Below, piece by piece: positions 1-8,275 of a stretch of DNA of 38,120 nucleotides. This DNA is from a virus: positions 1 to 38,120 of IMG/VR virus record IMGVR_UViG_3300003322_000327. One strand, 5' to 3'. Numbering within the stretch: the first letter of the stretch is position 1; each line of letters opens with the position of its first letter. Made by a program: the position numbers and the translations under genes. Below the pieces are notes generated by a model, which was given only the letters and a program-made list of their open reading frames with translations, was not told the DNA's origin and searched no databases.

Positions 1-587
1 CCTCCACCGCCTCCGTAGAAGCCACCTCCACCGAAGCCGTAACTCGGAGGCCAGTTCTGCGACGGCTCGTCGGTCGTCGCGACCGGGTAGATAGACTTGT
101 CTTCGACCGGAGCGAGCTGTGGTCCGGCCGCCGGCTCGATGTTGATCGGCCCTTCGGCCACGGGCTCTTCCTTGGCGACGACGCGGTCGACGAGTCCGAT
201 GTTGTTGCAGGCAAGCGGCACCAGGACGCACTGCGAACCCGAGCCGCAGTATACGAGCGCGAGTTCACGATGATCGGGAGCCCAGCTCTTGGTCGTCACC
301 GGCCCGTGGCACGTGCTGTGGCCGCTGTGCATGTCGCGAAAGGCCGCGTAGTGTTCCTTGCGCGTCGTCGAGTCGACGCCCTGAGGCGTCACCGCCACCA
401 TGTCGTCGTACTTGAGGGCGTCCATCTTCGAGCCGATGAGCTTGCGGTCTTCCGGACTCAGGCTCAGGTCGGACAGCGCTCGCGTGACGTCGCCCTTGAT
501 CCGGTACGGATCGGAGCCGGGATTCGACCACTCGCATGGGTCGTGTGGTGCAGCCACGATGGCTGCGGCGAGGATGAAGGAGATCAT
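1..587 (-). CDS. MHFG-family PEP-CTERM-like exported protein (partial, runs off window start)
   Basis: Not in the ORF track. ATG at 587 overlaps the upstream TGA (ATGA) with SD CAGGAG. Translation MISFILAAAIVAAPHDPCEWSNPGSDPY...KYDDMV...RDMHSG..CHGPVT..W..DHRELALVYC...CVLVPLACNNI follows the MHFG-family pattern (signal peptide, CxWxxPG, YDD, DMHxG, LVYC, C-x-LVPxxCxN), then a Pro/Gly-rich linker. The PEP-CTERM tail would lie outside the window. Confidence 0.75.
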   Translation of the reverse strand, partial: MISFILAAAIVAAPHDPCEWSNPGSDPYRIKGDVTRALSDLSLSPEDRKLIGSKMDALKYDDMVAVTPQGVDSTTRKEHYAAFRDMHSGHSTCHGPVTTKSWAPDHRELALVYCGSGSQCVLVPLACNNIGLVDRVVAKEEPVAEGPINIEPAAGPQLAPVEDKSIYPVATTDEPSQNWPPSYGFGGGGFYGGGG

Positions 588-994
588 TCGAAAACTCCTG
601 TGTTGCGACGAACCCAGTCGTCGAGGTCCCATTGGGTGAGGATGACACCAAGCTCAGCTTCGTACCGGTATCGCAGGTTGACGATCGTATTGTGTAGGTT
701 GAGCCGCTTTGGATCTTGCCCCTGGCTCAGCAGCTTGCTCGTGTCGACGACTTGCCGATGCCGATAGGCCACTGCTTCACGTCGCCAGTCGATGGCAGTG
801 ACCTTGAGCCCTGAGAGGCGGGTGATGCCGACAGGGCTGAGCCAGAGTTCGTCGGCGGCCCAGCTGTAGATGATGTGCTTCGCGTTGGGGACGAGTGGGG
901 ACTCGGACTCTGAGACAGCCAGCTTGGTGCCCACGGGCTCTTGGAGCTGAACATCGGGCTTCGGATCATCGGGTGGTAGATTGAGCTGGATCAT
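584..994 (-). CDS. hypothetical protein (136 aa)
   Basis: Start reassigned to MIQLNL at 994 (ATGA overlap with upstream stop, SD GGGAGG). Confidence 0.75.
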   Translation of the reverse strand: MIQLNLPPDDPKPDVQLQEPVGTKLAVSESESPLVPNAKHIIYSWAADELWLSPVGITRLSGLKVTAIDWRREAVAYRHRQVVDTSKLLSQGQDPKRLNLHNTIVNLRYRYEAELGVILTQWDLDDWVRRNTGVFE

Positions 995-1356
995 TCGCCT
1001 CCCTTCTCGGCCACGGACCTGATCCATGTCATGACTTCGGCCGGGATGCGAACGGGCTCGCGAGTGTTCTCGGAAATGCGAGACAGGACTTGAAGGCGCT
1101 GACGCGGCGTCGTCGTCCGATCGAAGATGCCGTAGGTCGCGAGGTAGTCGGTCACCTGTTGAAGCATGACGACCGGAGCTTCACGAGTCAGGAGACCGAT
1201 GCGATCCTTCTGCACCGACATGCCGGCCCACAGGGCTTCGTCGGTTTCGAACACGCACACCGCATGCTCGCGGATGTAGAGCGGCAGCTTGTAGAAGCTG
1301 AGGTCGACCTTGAAGGCTGCGAGGTCGTTGTGGGTGTTGAAGAGGATGTGCAGCAT
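991..1356 (-). CDS. hypothetical protein (121 aa)
   Basis: Start MLHILF at 1356 after SD AAGGAGG, 1 nt past the upstream stop. Confidence 0.8.
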   Translation of the reverse strand: MLHILFNTHNDLAAFKVDLSFYKLPLYIREHAVCVFETDEALWAGMSVQKDRIGLLTREAPVVMLQQVTDYLATYGIFDRTTTPRQRLQVLSRISENTREPVRIPAEVMTWIRSVAEKGGE

Positions 1357-1357
1357 C

Positions 1358-1843
1358 TCATTCCTCCTTCGAACCGGACAGGCGCTTCTCAACCTCTTCG
1401 ACGTCGAGGCTGACCGACGTGGGCCTGTACTCCTCGGCGCCGACCAGCGCGTAGATGTAGACGATGCTGATGCCGGCCGACACGACCTGCTTCTTGATCG
1501 TGGTGCGGACTTCGTCCAGGCTGGTGACACCGATCATGGGCTCCAGCCCCTCGCCGCGATCGACTGCGAAGCGATTGATCTGGCGACCGTTGATCTTGAG
1601 CTTGGGCTCGACACCCTCAGGCATCGGCGGAACGTCGTCGACCTCGTTGGCCTTGACGACGTGCAGGGAAGAAGTGGTAGACGTGTTCATTGCAGACTCA
1701 GCATCTAGATGCTGCGGTTGGGTGGGTTGGAAGTCGGGCTCAGCCCGCATCGGCTTGGCAATGGACTTGATCCGATCGGTCCAGCGCGGTGGGTTAGACA
1801 GGCCGGGAATCGACGCATTGCGTCGGATGATGAGAGTGCTCAC
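1358..1843 (-). CDS. hypothetical protein (161 aa)
   Basis: GTG start overlaps upstream TGA; fits the operon packing. Confidence 0.7.
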   Translation of the reverse strand: MSTLIIRRNASIPGLSNPPRWTDRIKSIAKPMRAEPDFQPTQPQHLDAESAMNTSTTSSLHVVKANEVDDVPPMPEGVEPKLKINGRQINRFAVDRGEGLEPMIGVTSLDEVRTTIKKQVVSAGISIVYIYALVGAEEYRPTSVSLDVEEVEKRLSGSKEE

Positions 1844-2073
1844 GGATTGGATTCCTCGGCTTCCGGCTCTTGCGGCTCGTTTGGCTGGACGTGAGCGAGC
1901 CAGTAGCGCGTGATGTCGGAGGCACCCATGCCCTGGCCGGGACGGAGGCCGAGAGCGTCACGCACCTTCTTGAGCACGTCCTCGGGAGGATTGACCCGAC
2001 CAAGAGAATTCCACCACTTCATGGCAGAACGGAGTTGGTCGAGCGTCGGTCGGACCTTGTCGCCGCTAGCCAC
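1840..2073 (-). CDS. hypothetical protein (77 aa)
   Basis: ORF track; overlaps both neighbours by 4-8 nt. Confidence 0.7.
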   Translation of the reverse strand: MASGDKVRPTLDQLRSAMKWWNSLGRVNPPEDVLKKVRDALGLRPGQGMGASDITRYWLAHVQPNEPQEPEAEESNP

Positions 2074-2347
2074 GTTCGCTCTCCATGGGGACCTTGGCCA
2101 GCAGCTGCTTCACGTAGCCGAGAAGCTCTTCCGCACGCTGGATGTGGGAATCGTGCGTGCTCACCTCGCTGGCGAGCACCTGTTCCTCGGAAGCGAGGAC
2201 GCGATCGCTCATAGGGCCGATGAAGACGTGACCGACACGATCACGCCAGGCGCCGGTCTGGATGCGGAGATCGAAGTGGCGAGCGCGCAGCTGGGACTGC
2301 GCGACTTCAGCCAGCGCGAGCTGGATCTGGATTTCGAGACGTGTCAT
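2066..2347 (-). CDS. hypothetical protein (93 aa)
   Basis: ORF track; ATGA coupling, SD GAGGA. Confidence 0.7.
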   Translation of the reverse strand: MTRLEIQIQLALAEVAQSQLRARHFDLRIQTGAWRDRVGHVFIGPMSDRVLASEEQVLASEVSTHDSHIQRAEELLGYVKQLLAKVPMESERG

Positions 2348-2472
2348 TGCAGTGTTTCCTCGTCTTCGGGTTGAGGTGGCAGGTAGTCGTCATCGTCGTC
2401 TTCATCACCATGACGAAGCGGCGGCGGACGATAGCCTGGTTGCTTCTGAGGGGTCGAAGGTTGCGGGATCAT
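2344..2472 (-). CDS. small acidic/Pro-rich protein (42 aa)
   Basis: MIPQPSTPQKQPGYRPPPLRHGDEDDDDDYLPPQPEDEETLQ; ATGA overlaps at both ends exactly fill the gap. Confidence 0.55.
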   Translation of the reverse strand: MIPQPSTPQKQPGYRPPPLRHGDEDDDDDYLPPQPEDEETLQ

Positions 2473-2807
2473 TGCTGTCCCCAGTGAATGACCATGAGGT
2501 AGAGAGCGGTGACGATGACGCCGAACATCGTCGTCTGCAGCGGGTACGTGATCCACGTCTTGGTCACTCGATACAGGATGTACCAGGCCATGAAAGCCAC
2601 AACGAAGGCAGCGATGAAGATGAACGCGCTCGTGATCATGACGGCACTCAACAGCACGCACCAGGCGATGATGAAGAGTGTCGCCGACCACAGGCCGACC
2701 TGGGCGGGGAAGCTGTCAGCGTTCTCGCCGACCAGGCGCTCCATGATCCTTCGGAGCTGCGTGTCGTCGAACTTGCGGGCCTTGCGTTCAGCGTTGGTCA
2801 TCTCCAT
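2469..2807 (-). CDS. membrane protein (about 3 TM helices)
   Basis: Long hydrophobic segments; SD AGAGG. Confidence 0.75.
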   Translation of the reverse strand: MEMTNAERKARKFDDTQLRRIMERLVGENADSFPAQVGLWSATLFIIAWCVLLSAVMITSAFIFIAAFVVAFMAWYILYRVTKTWITYPLQTTMFGVIVTALYLMVIHWGQQ

Positions 2808-2985
2808 CCTCTTTACGGTTGGTGCGGCCTCCGTTGCGCCACACTTGGATCACGAACCCGAGAACCAGGCAGCCGATCAAGGTCAGTTGCCAGCTACAGG
2901 TCGGAACGAAGCCCGCTGCTTGCAGGCAGTAGATGAAGGTCGCAGCGATCAGCGACCATGCGCAAGTAACACGATCGTAAGTCAT
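2788..2985 (-). CDS. small membrane protein (65 aa, 2 TM)
   Basis: Start MTYDRV at 2985 (ATGA overlap, SD GGAGAG); two hydrophobic stretches. Confidence 0.65.
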   Translation of the reverse strand: MTYDRVTCAWSLIAATFIYCLQAAGFVPTCSWQLTLIGCLVLGFVIQVWRNGGRTNRKEDGDDQR

Positions 2986-3182
2986 TCTCTCTCCTTCATC
3001 CGGACGTAGCAGATCATGACGACGATCACGATTGCGAACAAGATCAGTGCGAACAGCGCGGCTGCGAGACTGCCGACCTTGTTGGGACTGCACGCCGTGT
3101 ACTGTGCGGCCGACGCCGCGAGGTCATGACACATGCGGTCGAGATCTGCTGCTGGTATCGTCGTTGTCTGAGGTACTGTCAT
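2982..3182 (-). CDS. small membrane protein (66 aa, 1 TM)
   Basis: C-terminal hydrophobic helix LAAALFALILFAIVIVVMICYV; SD AGGAGG. Confidence 0.7.
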   Translation of the reverse strand: MTVPQTTTIPAADLDRMCHDLAASAAQYTACSPNKVGSLAAALFALILFAIVIVVMICYVRMKERE

Positions 3183-3193
3183 CTCGAGTCCTC

Positions 3194-3643
3194 CTACAGC
3201 TTGGTGGCTGCTCCGTGCCGTCGCCAGGCATCCATGGGCATCAGCTTGTCAGTTCCAGAATCGCGGAAACGCCAGAACAACCAGCCGTTTGACTGGCTAG
3301 TCTTGACGCCCGCGCCGCGCGCTTGCTTCACAGCCACCGCAGCACGTGTTAAATTGAGGAACGGTTGCGAGAAGCCGTTGACCTTGATGCCCTTGTCGGT
3401 CACCACAGCTTCGAAGACCTCGTTGTGATACGTGCCGATCATGGCCAGGCCCATCGGCAGGTACTCGTCCTCGGGCGTGATGAAGAAGTTGAGCTGGACT
3501 TTCTGCCTCTGCTTCTTGGTCTTGTTCCAGTTCTTGAGCAGCTTGACGATCACGTCGTCCACGGTGTCGACCATGGGGACTGCGATCGCAGCCAGCTGCG
3601 CGTAGACGACTGGACTGACTTCGATGTGTCGCTTCAGAGTCAT
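3194..3643 (-). CDS. RHH/SeqA-N-like + RAMA (DUF4357-like) domain protein (149 aa)
   Basis: Start MTLKRHIEV at 3643. N-terminal IEVSPVVYAQL...TVDDVIVKLL resembles a ribbon-helix-helix; C-terminal F-x-N-L-T-x-A-A...NGWLFW matches the RAMA signature (SxSxAA...NGWxFW). Confidence 0.65.
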   Translation of the reverse strand: MTLKRHIEVSPVVYAQLAAIAVPMVDTVDDVIVKLLKNWNKTKKQRQKVQLNFFITPEDEYLPMGLAMIGTYHNEVFEAVVTDKGIKVNGFSQPFLNLTRAAVAVKQARGAGVKTSQSNGWLFWRFRDSGTDKLMPMDAWRRHGAATKL

Positions 3644-3647
3644 GATC

Positions 3648-5660
3648 TCAGAGAGTGTAGTGTTTGTCGACGAAACCGAGCTCCGGATCTCCGCGCAGGT
3701 GCCACGGGATGCGGACCACGGTCCCCTTGTCCTTGTAGTGCCGGTCATGGGCTCGAACGAAGTGTAGACGATGGCGTTTTGTCGGCTCGTCACTCTTGAT
3801 CCTATCACCGACGTAGCGCTTGCGCTCGCGGTTCAGGTCGATGACGTGGAAGTCGTAGAGCGGGAGCTTGCCTTGCGACAGCCGCTTCTTGTTCAGGGCT
3901 GCAGGCGCCTGTACCAGCGTGTACTTCGCGGCCTGGGCCTCGATGACAACGCACGCGGCGTGGAACTGCCGATCCACGTAGGCGACGAAGTCGCGCGCTT
4001 GGTCGAGGATCGTCCAGTCGCCGCTCGCCATCTCGATCAGGCACGTCTTTGGACTGTCACCCAGGACTGGCTTGTAGCCTTCCTGCTTCGGGTCCTGCAC
4101 CAGGTAGATGACGTTGAAGCCGCTGATGCGGAACTCGAACGCGCACCTCGGTGCCGGCAGGCCAACATCGCCTTCCTTGTCGCCTTCGGACGCAGCCATG
4201 ACCGCTGCCCAGTTGTGCTTGACGATGAAGGGCGTGAACTCGCCACTGAACGTAAGGTCCCGCTTCTCCTTTTGCTTCGAACCCTGTGGCTGGATGCCGA
4301 CGGCACGACCACCCTGCACAGCCTCGATGAGCTTGTGGAGACGCGAGCAGTCGTTGGCCTGAAGCACCCAGCCACCGTTCTTCTGCGCATCTAGGAGAGC
4401 ATGCAGAAGGTCAGAGAGCTCCTTCTTCTTCGCATGATCGGCCTCTGCAATCTTGAGCTCGGACTTGAGCTGCTGTTGCCGTTGCTCAGTCTTCGACATC
4501 ATGAGGCGCATGATGACCGCGCAGTCGATCAAGCGATCGATCCACGAGATGTTATCTCGAGCCGAGCTCTCGATGATGGCATCACGCTCTTCCTTGAAGC
4601 CCTCGAAGACGCCTTGCCCCTCACCACCGTTCGGTTTCTTCTCGTTGACGGCTGCGATCAGCGCCTCGCTTCCGATCTGCTGCACCATCTCTTTGGCTTG
4701 GTCCTCGGTCTGGACCAAGTGCGCCATCTTGTAGAAGTCGGCGAACGAGACCTTGTAGCCGTCACCTTCTTTCTTGTGGTTCCATCGCTCCGGGTGAGCG
4801 ACGTACTCCATGATGTGCGAGAGCTCGGCCAGCTGCTGGACGATGATCTCGTCCGGTCCGTAGTAGAGGTTCTTGATCTGTGCCTTGAGCGCCGGATAGC
4901 GAGCGAAGATTGGTAGCGCCGCATCGGCATCGGGACCATCGAGTACGCGCTTGATCTCGCTGACGTTGGCTCGCGCCTGTTGGACAGTCATCTTCGGACT
5001 GCGCCACTTGATCCAGATGTCGTTCCACAGCCGCTTGCCTTGCGCGACGACGGCCGGACCCGTGGGTTCGACGTCGGACTCGAACACATCGGTCATGGCT
5101 CGGAGCTTCTGAACCCAAGTCTTGTCGCTGGCCCCGATCGCCTGGACCTTGTCCTTCACTTCCGGGTAGGCGACGAACATGTCGCGCACCGTTCCCTCGT
5201 CGCCGTCGAAGCCGAGGACGAAGGCATCGACCAGCTTCTTGGCCTCGGCTTCGTCCTCGATCTGGCGCCAAGCAGCGAAGGTCTCGGCGTTCTTCTTCGA
5301 GCGCTCCGCTTGCGTCAGTTCGTCGTAGGGCTTGGGGCCGAGAGCGCTTTCACGAATGATCTCAGCGCACTTGCGCAGCTGCTCCTTGGCCGAGTTGCCG
5401 CGGACAGTGAGGATCGCGTCCCTGACCTTCGGGAACCGTTGGAAGACGGGATCACGCCGCCCGAGCTTGTCACCACGGGCAGCGCGCATGATCTCGGTCA
5501 GAGCCTGGAGTGCATCGGTCTCGCTGATGTCCGGGTTCTGCCATGCTTCGATGGTCGAAGCCAACCGATCGAACTGATGCTGTCTCTTCTGAACCGAAGT
5601 CTCGATGCGAGCCTTCGACATTGCAGGGTTCGTCCTCTTCTGCTTCTTGTGCTTTGCCAT
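3648..5660 (-). CDS. large phage protein (670 aa) with four ~90-aa helical repeats and a basic C-terminal HxxRxHxR domain
   Basis: Repeats anchored on W40/W131/W219 and FxxF/YP at residues 73, 162, 252 (FxxF at 352). C-terminus LNKKR..GKLPLYDFHVI...RLHFVRAHDR...RGDPELGFVDKHY is a recurring phage hypothetical motif. Confidence 0.8.
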   Translation of the reverse strand: MAKHKKQKRTNPAMSKARIETSVQKRQHQFDRLASTIEAWQNPDISETDALQALTEIMRAARGDKLGRRDPVFQRFPKVRDAILTVRGNSAKEQLRKCAEIIRESALGPKPYDELTQAERSKKNAETFAAWRQIEDEAEAKKLVDAFVLGFDGDEGTVRDMFVAYPEVKDKVQAIGASDKTWVQKLRAMTDVFESDVEPTGPAVVAQGKRLWNDIWIKWRSPKMTVQQARANVSEIKRVLDGPDADAALPIFARYPALKAQIKNLYYGPDEIIVQQLAELSHIMEYVAHPERWNHKKEGDGYKVSFADFYKMAHLVQTEDQAKEMVQQIGSEALIAAVNEKKPNGGEGQGVFEGFKEERDAIIESSARDNISWIDRLIDCAVIMRLMMSKTEQRQQQLKSELKIAEADHAKKKELSDLLHALLDAQKNGGWVLQANDCSRLHKLIEAVQGGRAVGIQPQGSKQKEKRDLTFSGEFTPFIVKHNWAAVMAASEGDKEGDVGLPAPRCAFEFRISGFNVIYLVQDPKQEGYKPVLGDSPKTCLIEMASGDWTILDQARDFVAYVDRQFHAACVVIEAQAAKYTLVQAPAALNKKRLSQGKLPLYDFHVIDLNRERKRYVGDRIKSDEPTKRHRLHFVRAHDRHYKDKGTVVRIPWHLRGDPELGFVDKHYTL

Positions 5661-5668
5661 TACGCACC

Positions 5669-5965
5669 TCAGTGTCGTGTCTGGTTCTGTGATTCGGCGT
5701 ATGCCGCCATGCGTTCGTTCGCGGACCCGTATAGGACATTCATGAAGCGTCGCGGCAGGTCCATGCGCCGCAGCCTCGAGTTGTAGGAGTCGAGCAACGA
5801 TTCGAGATCGTCACCCGACATAGTCGCTTCGATGGAGTCGGGATCATCAACGGAGATGACCTCCACGACCCCACCGCTCAGGTACAGGAAACAGTCCGTG
5901 TCGAGCCTCACCATCAACTCGTCCACGGACCACACGGTCGGAGACTCGTTGGTGGTTTGGATCAT
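5669..5965 (-). CDS. hypothetical protein (98 aa)
   Basis: Start MIQTTNE at 5965, SD TAAGGA. Confidence 0.7.
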   Translation of the reverse strand: MIQTTNESPTVWSVDELMVRLDTDCFLYLSGGVVEVISVDDPDSIEATMSGDDLESLLDSYNSRLRRMDLPRRFMNVLYGSANERMAAYAESQNQTRH

Positions 5966-5975
5966 TGGATTGTCC

Positions 5976-7130
5976 TTACTTGAAACCGTCGGGGTCGTCG
6001 TCTTCGATCTCCGGCTGCATCGGAGCAGCCAGTTCTTCGACCGCGTCGAACTCCGGAGTTGGGATGCCGGTCGTGAGGGAGAAGGCGTCGCCTTCGGAAG
6101 CGTAGAGCGTGGGCTGGCTTGCCGTCTGCGAGTGGAAGGCCGACATTTTAGGGTCGGTGAGGACATCGCGGACGATCGTGCGCTCGCCGTTGCGCAACAG
6201 ATAGAGCGCACCATCCTTGATCTTGACCGTCGGCTTCCACTCACCGACCACGTTCAGTTGATGGTCGTGACGGGTCGAGTCCGGATCGTCCCAATCGCCC
6301 ATCAGGTAGAAGCCCTGCTGGTTATAGGCGTATCCGAAGTCAGACAGAAACCGACCCTCGGCTTTTGCTCCACGCATCCTGACGATGCTGCCGTTGCGGA
6401 GCCGATACTTCTTGCCGGCTTCGATGGCGAAGACCGGATCGGCCAGCTTCTCCTGCACCGGCGCGGGTGCTTGTGCGGGCGGCTGAGCCGCCGACTCGTA
6501 GTTGTCGCTCTCGTTGATGCCGTTGACCTCGAACTTGATCGGCCGCGTGACGTCGAGCAGCCGATCGTCATCGATGGCGACACCCAGAGGACTGTAGGTG
6601 ACGCCTTGATCCGAGACGAACGTCGATTGGCCTTCGACAGCATGCATCTGAACCGCGCTATGGTTGCGCAGCTGGTACCGACCGCCATGGACCAGCGAGT
6701 CAAAGCCGACGTGACTCGGGATCACGGTCGTGACGTCCTTCGGTTCAGTCACGAGTGCCAGATGCGGCTTCACCGGCTTGGGACTCGTACCTTCTTCACC
6801 GACCGTAGGGGTCGTCGGCTTCTCGTCGGCGAAGAGAATCGTGTTGGCCTTGAAGCGCTCGTGGATGTTCGCCATCGTGTCTTCCGGGCCGGTGATGGTC
6901 TCGCCGGTCAGTAGGTCGGTATCACCTTGTTGGAGGGGTGCCGCCTGCATCGCGATCTTCGCGACGTCGCGAAGGAGTTCTGAGGCCGACAGCAGGCCCT
7001 GGTCGTAGGTATCGACTGCGATCTTGATCGCCAAGATGGCGAGTGCGTGGGTCGCCTCGCGTTGTTGCTTCTTCAACTCCAGGTAAACGAGGTCGATGCC
7101 GTACTTCTCGATGCTGAGGTGCTGTTGCAT
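5976..7130 (-). CDS. phage protein with three GxxYxLRNG repeat domains (384 aa)
   Basis: Repeats VHGGRYQLRNHS, IEAGKKYRLRNGS, IKDGALYLLRNGE. Confidence 0.8.
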   Translation of the reverse strand: MQQHLSIEKYGIDLVYLELKKQQREATHALAILAIKIAVDTYDQGLLSASELLRDVAKIAMQAAPLQQGDTDLLTGETITGPEDTMANIHERFKANTILFADEKPTTPTVGEEGTSPKPVKPHLALVTEPKDVTTVIPSHVGFDSLVHGGRYQLRNHSAVQMHAVEGQSTFVSDQGVTYSPLGVAIDDDRLLDVTRPIKFEVNGINESDNYESAAQPPAQAPAPVQEKLADPVFAIEAGKKYRLRNGSIVRMRGAKAEGRFLSDFGYAYNQQGFYLMGDWDDPDSTRHDHQLNVVGEWKPTVKIKDGALYLLRNGERTIVRDVLTDPKMSAFHSQTASQPTLYASEGDAFSLTTGIPTPEFDAVEELAAPMQPEIEDDDPDGFK

Positions 7131-7157
7131 GTTCTAATGCTCGTCTGAGTGTGGTGA

Positions 7158-7183
7158 AGGGGATCAGCTTTCACCGATCCCCT
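7158..7183 (-). terminator. GC-rich hairpin with GAAA tetraloop after the KGG gene
   Basis: Minus strand AGGGGATCGGT-GAAA-GCTGATCCCCT; the U-tract is short. Confidence 0.55.
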
Positions 7184-7205
7184 GCTTGTCGTCTAGGGCT
7201 CTTGG

Positions 7206-7463
7206 TCAGCCCTGCTGGTCGAGGCCTTCGTGCGCCTCGTCGTCGGCCGGGACACGCGACCCGGAGTTCCTGGCCGCTTGCTCGGCGCGGGCATTCGCGT
7301 GACGCTTGGCGCCGGCGGCTCGGGCCTCTTCGGACGTGAACTGATGGGCGTTGCCGCTGGCGTGGGCCGCACGGCCGCCCATGGCCGCGATCTCGCGTTG
7401 ACGCGCGCGATCCATGCCGGCGAAGCCGCGCGTCGACTTGGGCTGGTTGGTGGGGAAGACCAT
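7206..7463 (-). CDS. KGG-domain general stress protein (YciG/GsiB-like)
   Basis: RGFAGMDRARQREIAAMGGRAAHASGNAHQFTSEEARAAGAK is the typical KGG repeat; SD AGGAGAG. Confidence 0.88.
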   Translation of the reverse strand: MVFPTNQPKSTRGFAGMDRARQREIAAMGGRAAHASGNAHQFTSEEARAAGAKRHANARAEQAARNSGSRVPADDEAHEGLDQQG

Positions 7464-7515
7464 GACTCTCTCCTACTTGGGTTGATGACGGGGGACAAAA
7501 GAACGATGCGTATTG

Positions 7516-7526
7516 TATTTACGGTT
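7516..7526 (-). promoter_or_regulatory. putative late promoter AACCGTAAATA
   Basis: Intergenic, about 53 bp upstream of the KGG gene; same motif recurs at 21999, 28488, 29499, 30569; resembles T4 late TATAAATA. Confidence 0.55.
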
Positions 7527-8048
7527 CTAGCGGAAGACGTCGGTCTCCGTGATCAGCTCGCCGTTGAAGCGAAGGTAGATCGTACCATGCAAGAACGAGA
7601 TGGTCAGGTTGTCCTTCAAGGCCTGCAGCAGCTGCGCCTTGTCCAGCACCTGGGCGCGATCGCCTTCACGGGCGGGGCGTTCGTTCTTGATCGCTGCCAT
7701 GTGCGAGTCGAGCACAATCTTGTAGTTGATCACCGCGTCTCGGAACTCGAGCGGCGGCTTGACGTTGTGGATTTCGACGTAGTGCCGGAAGCCATCGGGC
7801 CACTCGAAGCCGTTCCAGGTGTAGGTACCACTGCCGTTCCTGGCACCACAGATGCGGCACTTGGACGTGCCTTTCGCGTGACGGCAGAAGAGCTTGCTCT
7901 CCAGCGCTCCCAACGCAACGAGAAACTTGCGTTGTCCACGCCATGGACTCGCACGCGCGATCGGCATCGGGAGCTTGTCGCCCTTCTTCTGGTCCCAGCT
8001 CTTGGCGTCCTCCGCCCAGTAGCCCACTTGCTTGATCTGTTTCTTCAT
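7527..8048 (-). CDS. conserved hypothetical metal-binding protein (CxxC...HxxxxH)
   Basis: KGTSKCRICGARNGS..Y...FEWPDGFRHYVEIHNVKPPLEF matches a motif family I recall from phages and giant viruses. Confidence 0.75.
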   Translation of the reverse strand: MKKQIKQVGYWAEDAKSWDQKKGDKLPMPIARASPWRGQRKFLVALGALESKLFCRHAKGTSKCRICGARNGSGTYTWNGFEWPDGFRHYVEIHNVKPPLEFRDAVINYKIVLDSHMAAIKNERPAREGDRAQVLDKAQLLQALKDNLTISFLHGTIYLRFNGELITETDVFR

Positions 8049-8055
8049 CTCGACC

Positions 8056-8253
8056 TCAGAAGATGTCGAAGGGCTTCGTGTCCTCGAAGGCTTCCCGCTG
8101 CGCGTGCTGACGCGTCGGATTGCGGCGATCGAGTTCCTCGTCCTCCAGGCGCTTGCGCCGCTGGGCGCGGAGTTCGGCCGTGATGGCGAAGCCGACCTTG
8201 TTGATGGTGCGGATCGCCTGCGGCGTCATGTAGTGGGTCGGAACCTGTGCCAT
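8056..8253 (-). CDS. hypothetical protein (65 aa)
   Basis: Start MAQVPTHY at 8253, SD AAGGAG. Confidence 0.7.
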   Translation of the reverse strand: MAQVPTHYMTPQAIRTINKVGFAITAELRAQRRKRLEDEELDRRNPTRQHAQREAFEDTKPFDIF

Positions 8254-8275
8254 GTGCACTCCTTGTAGTTGTGGG

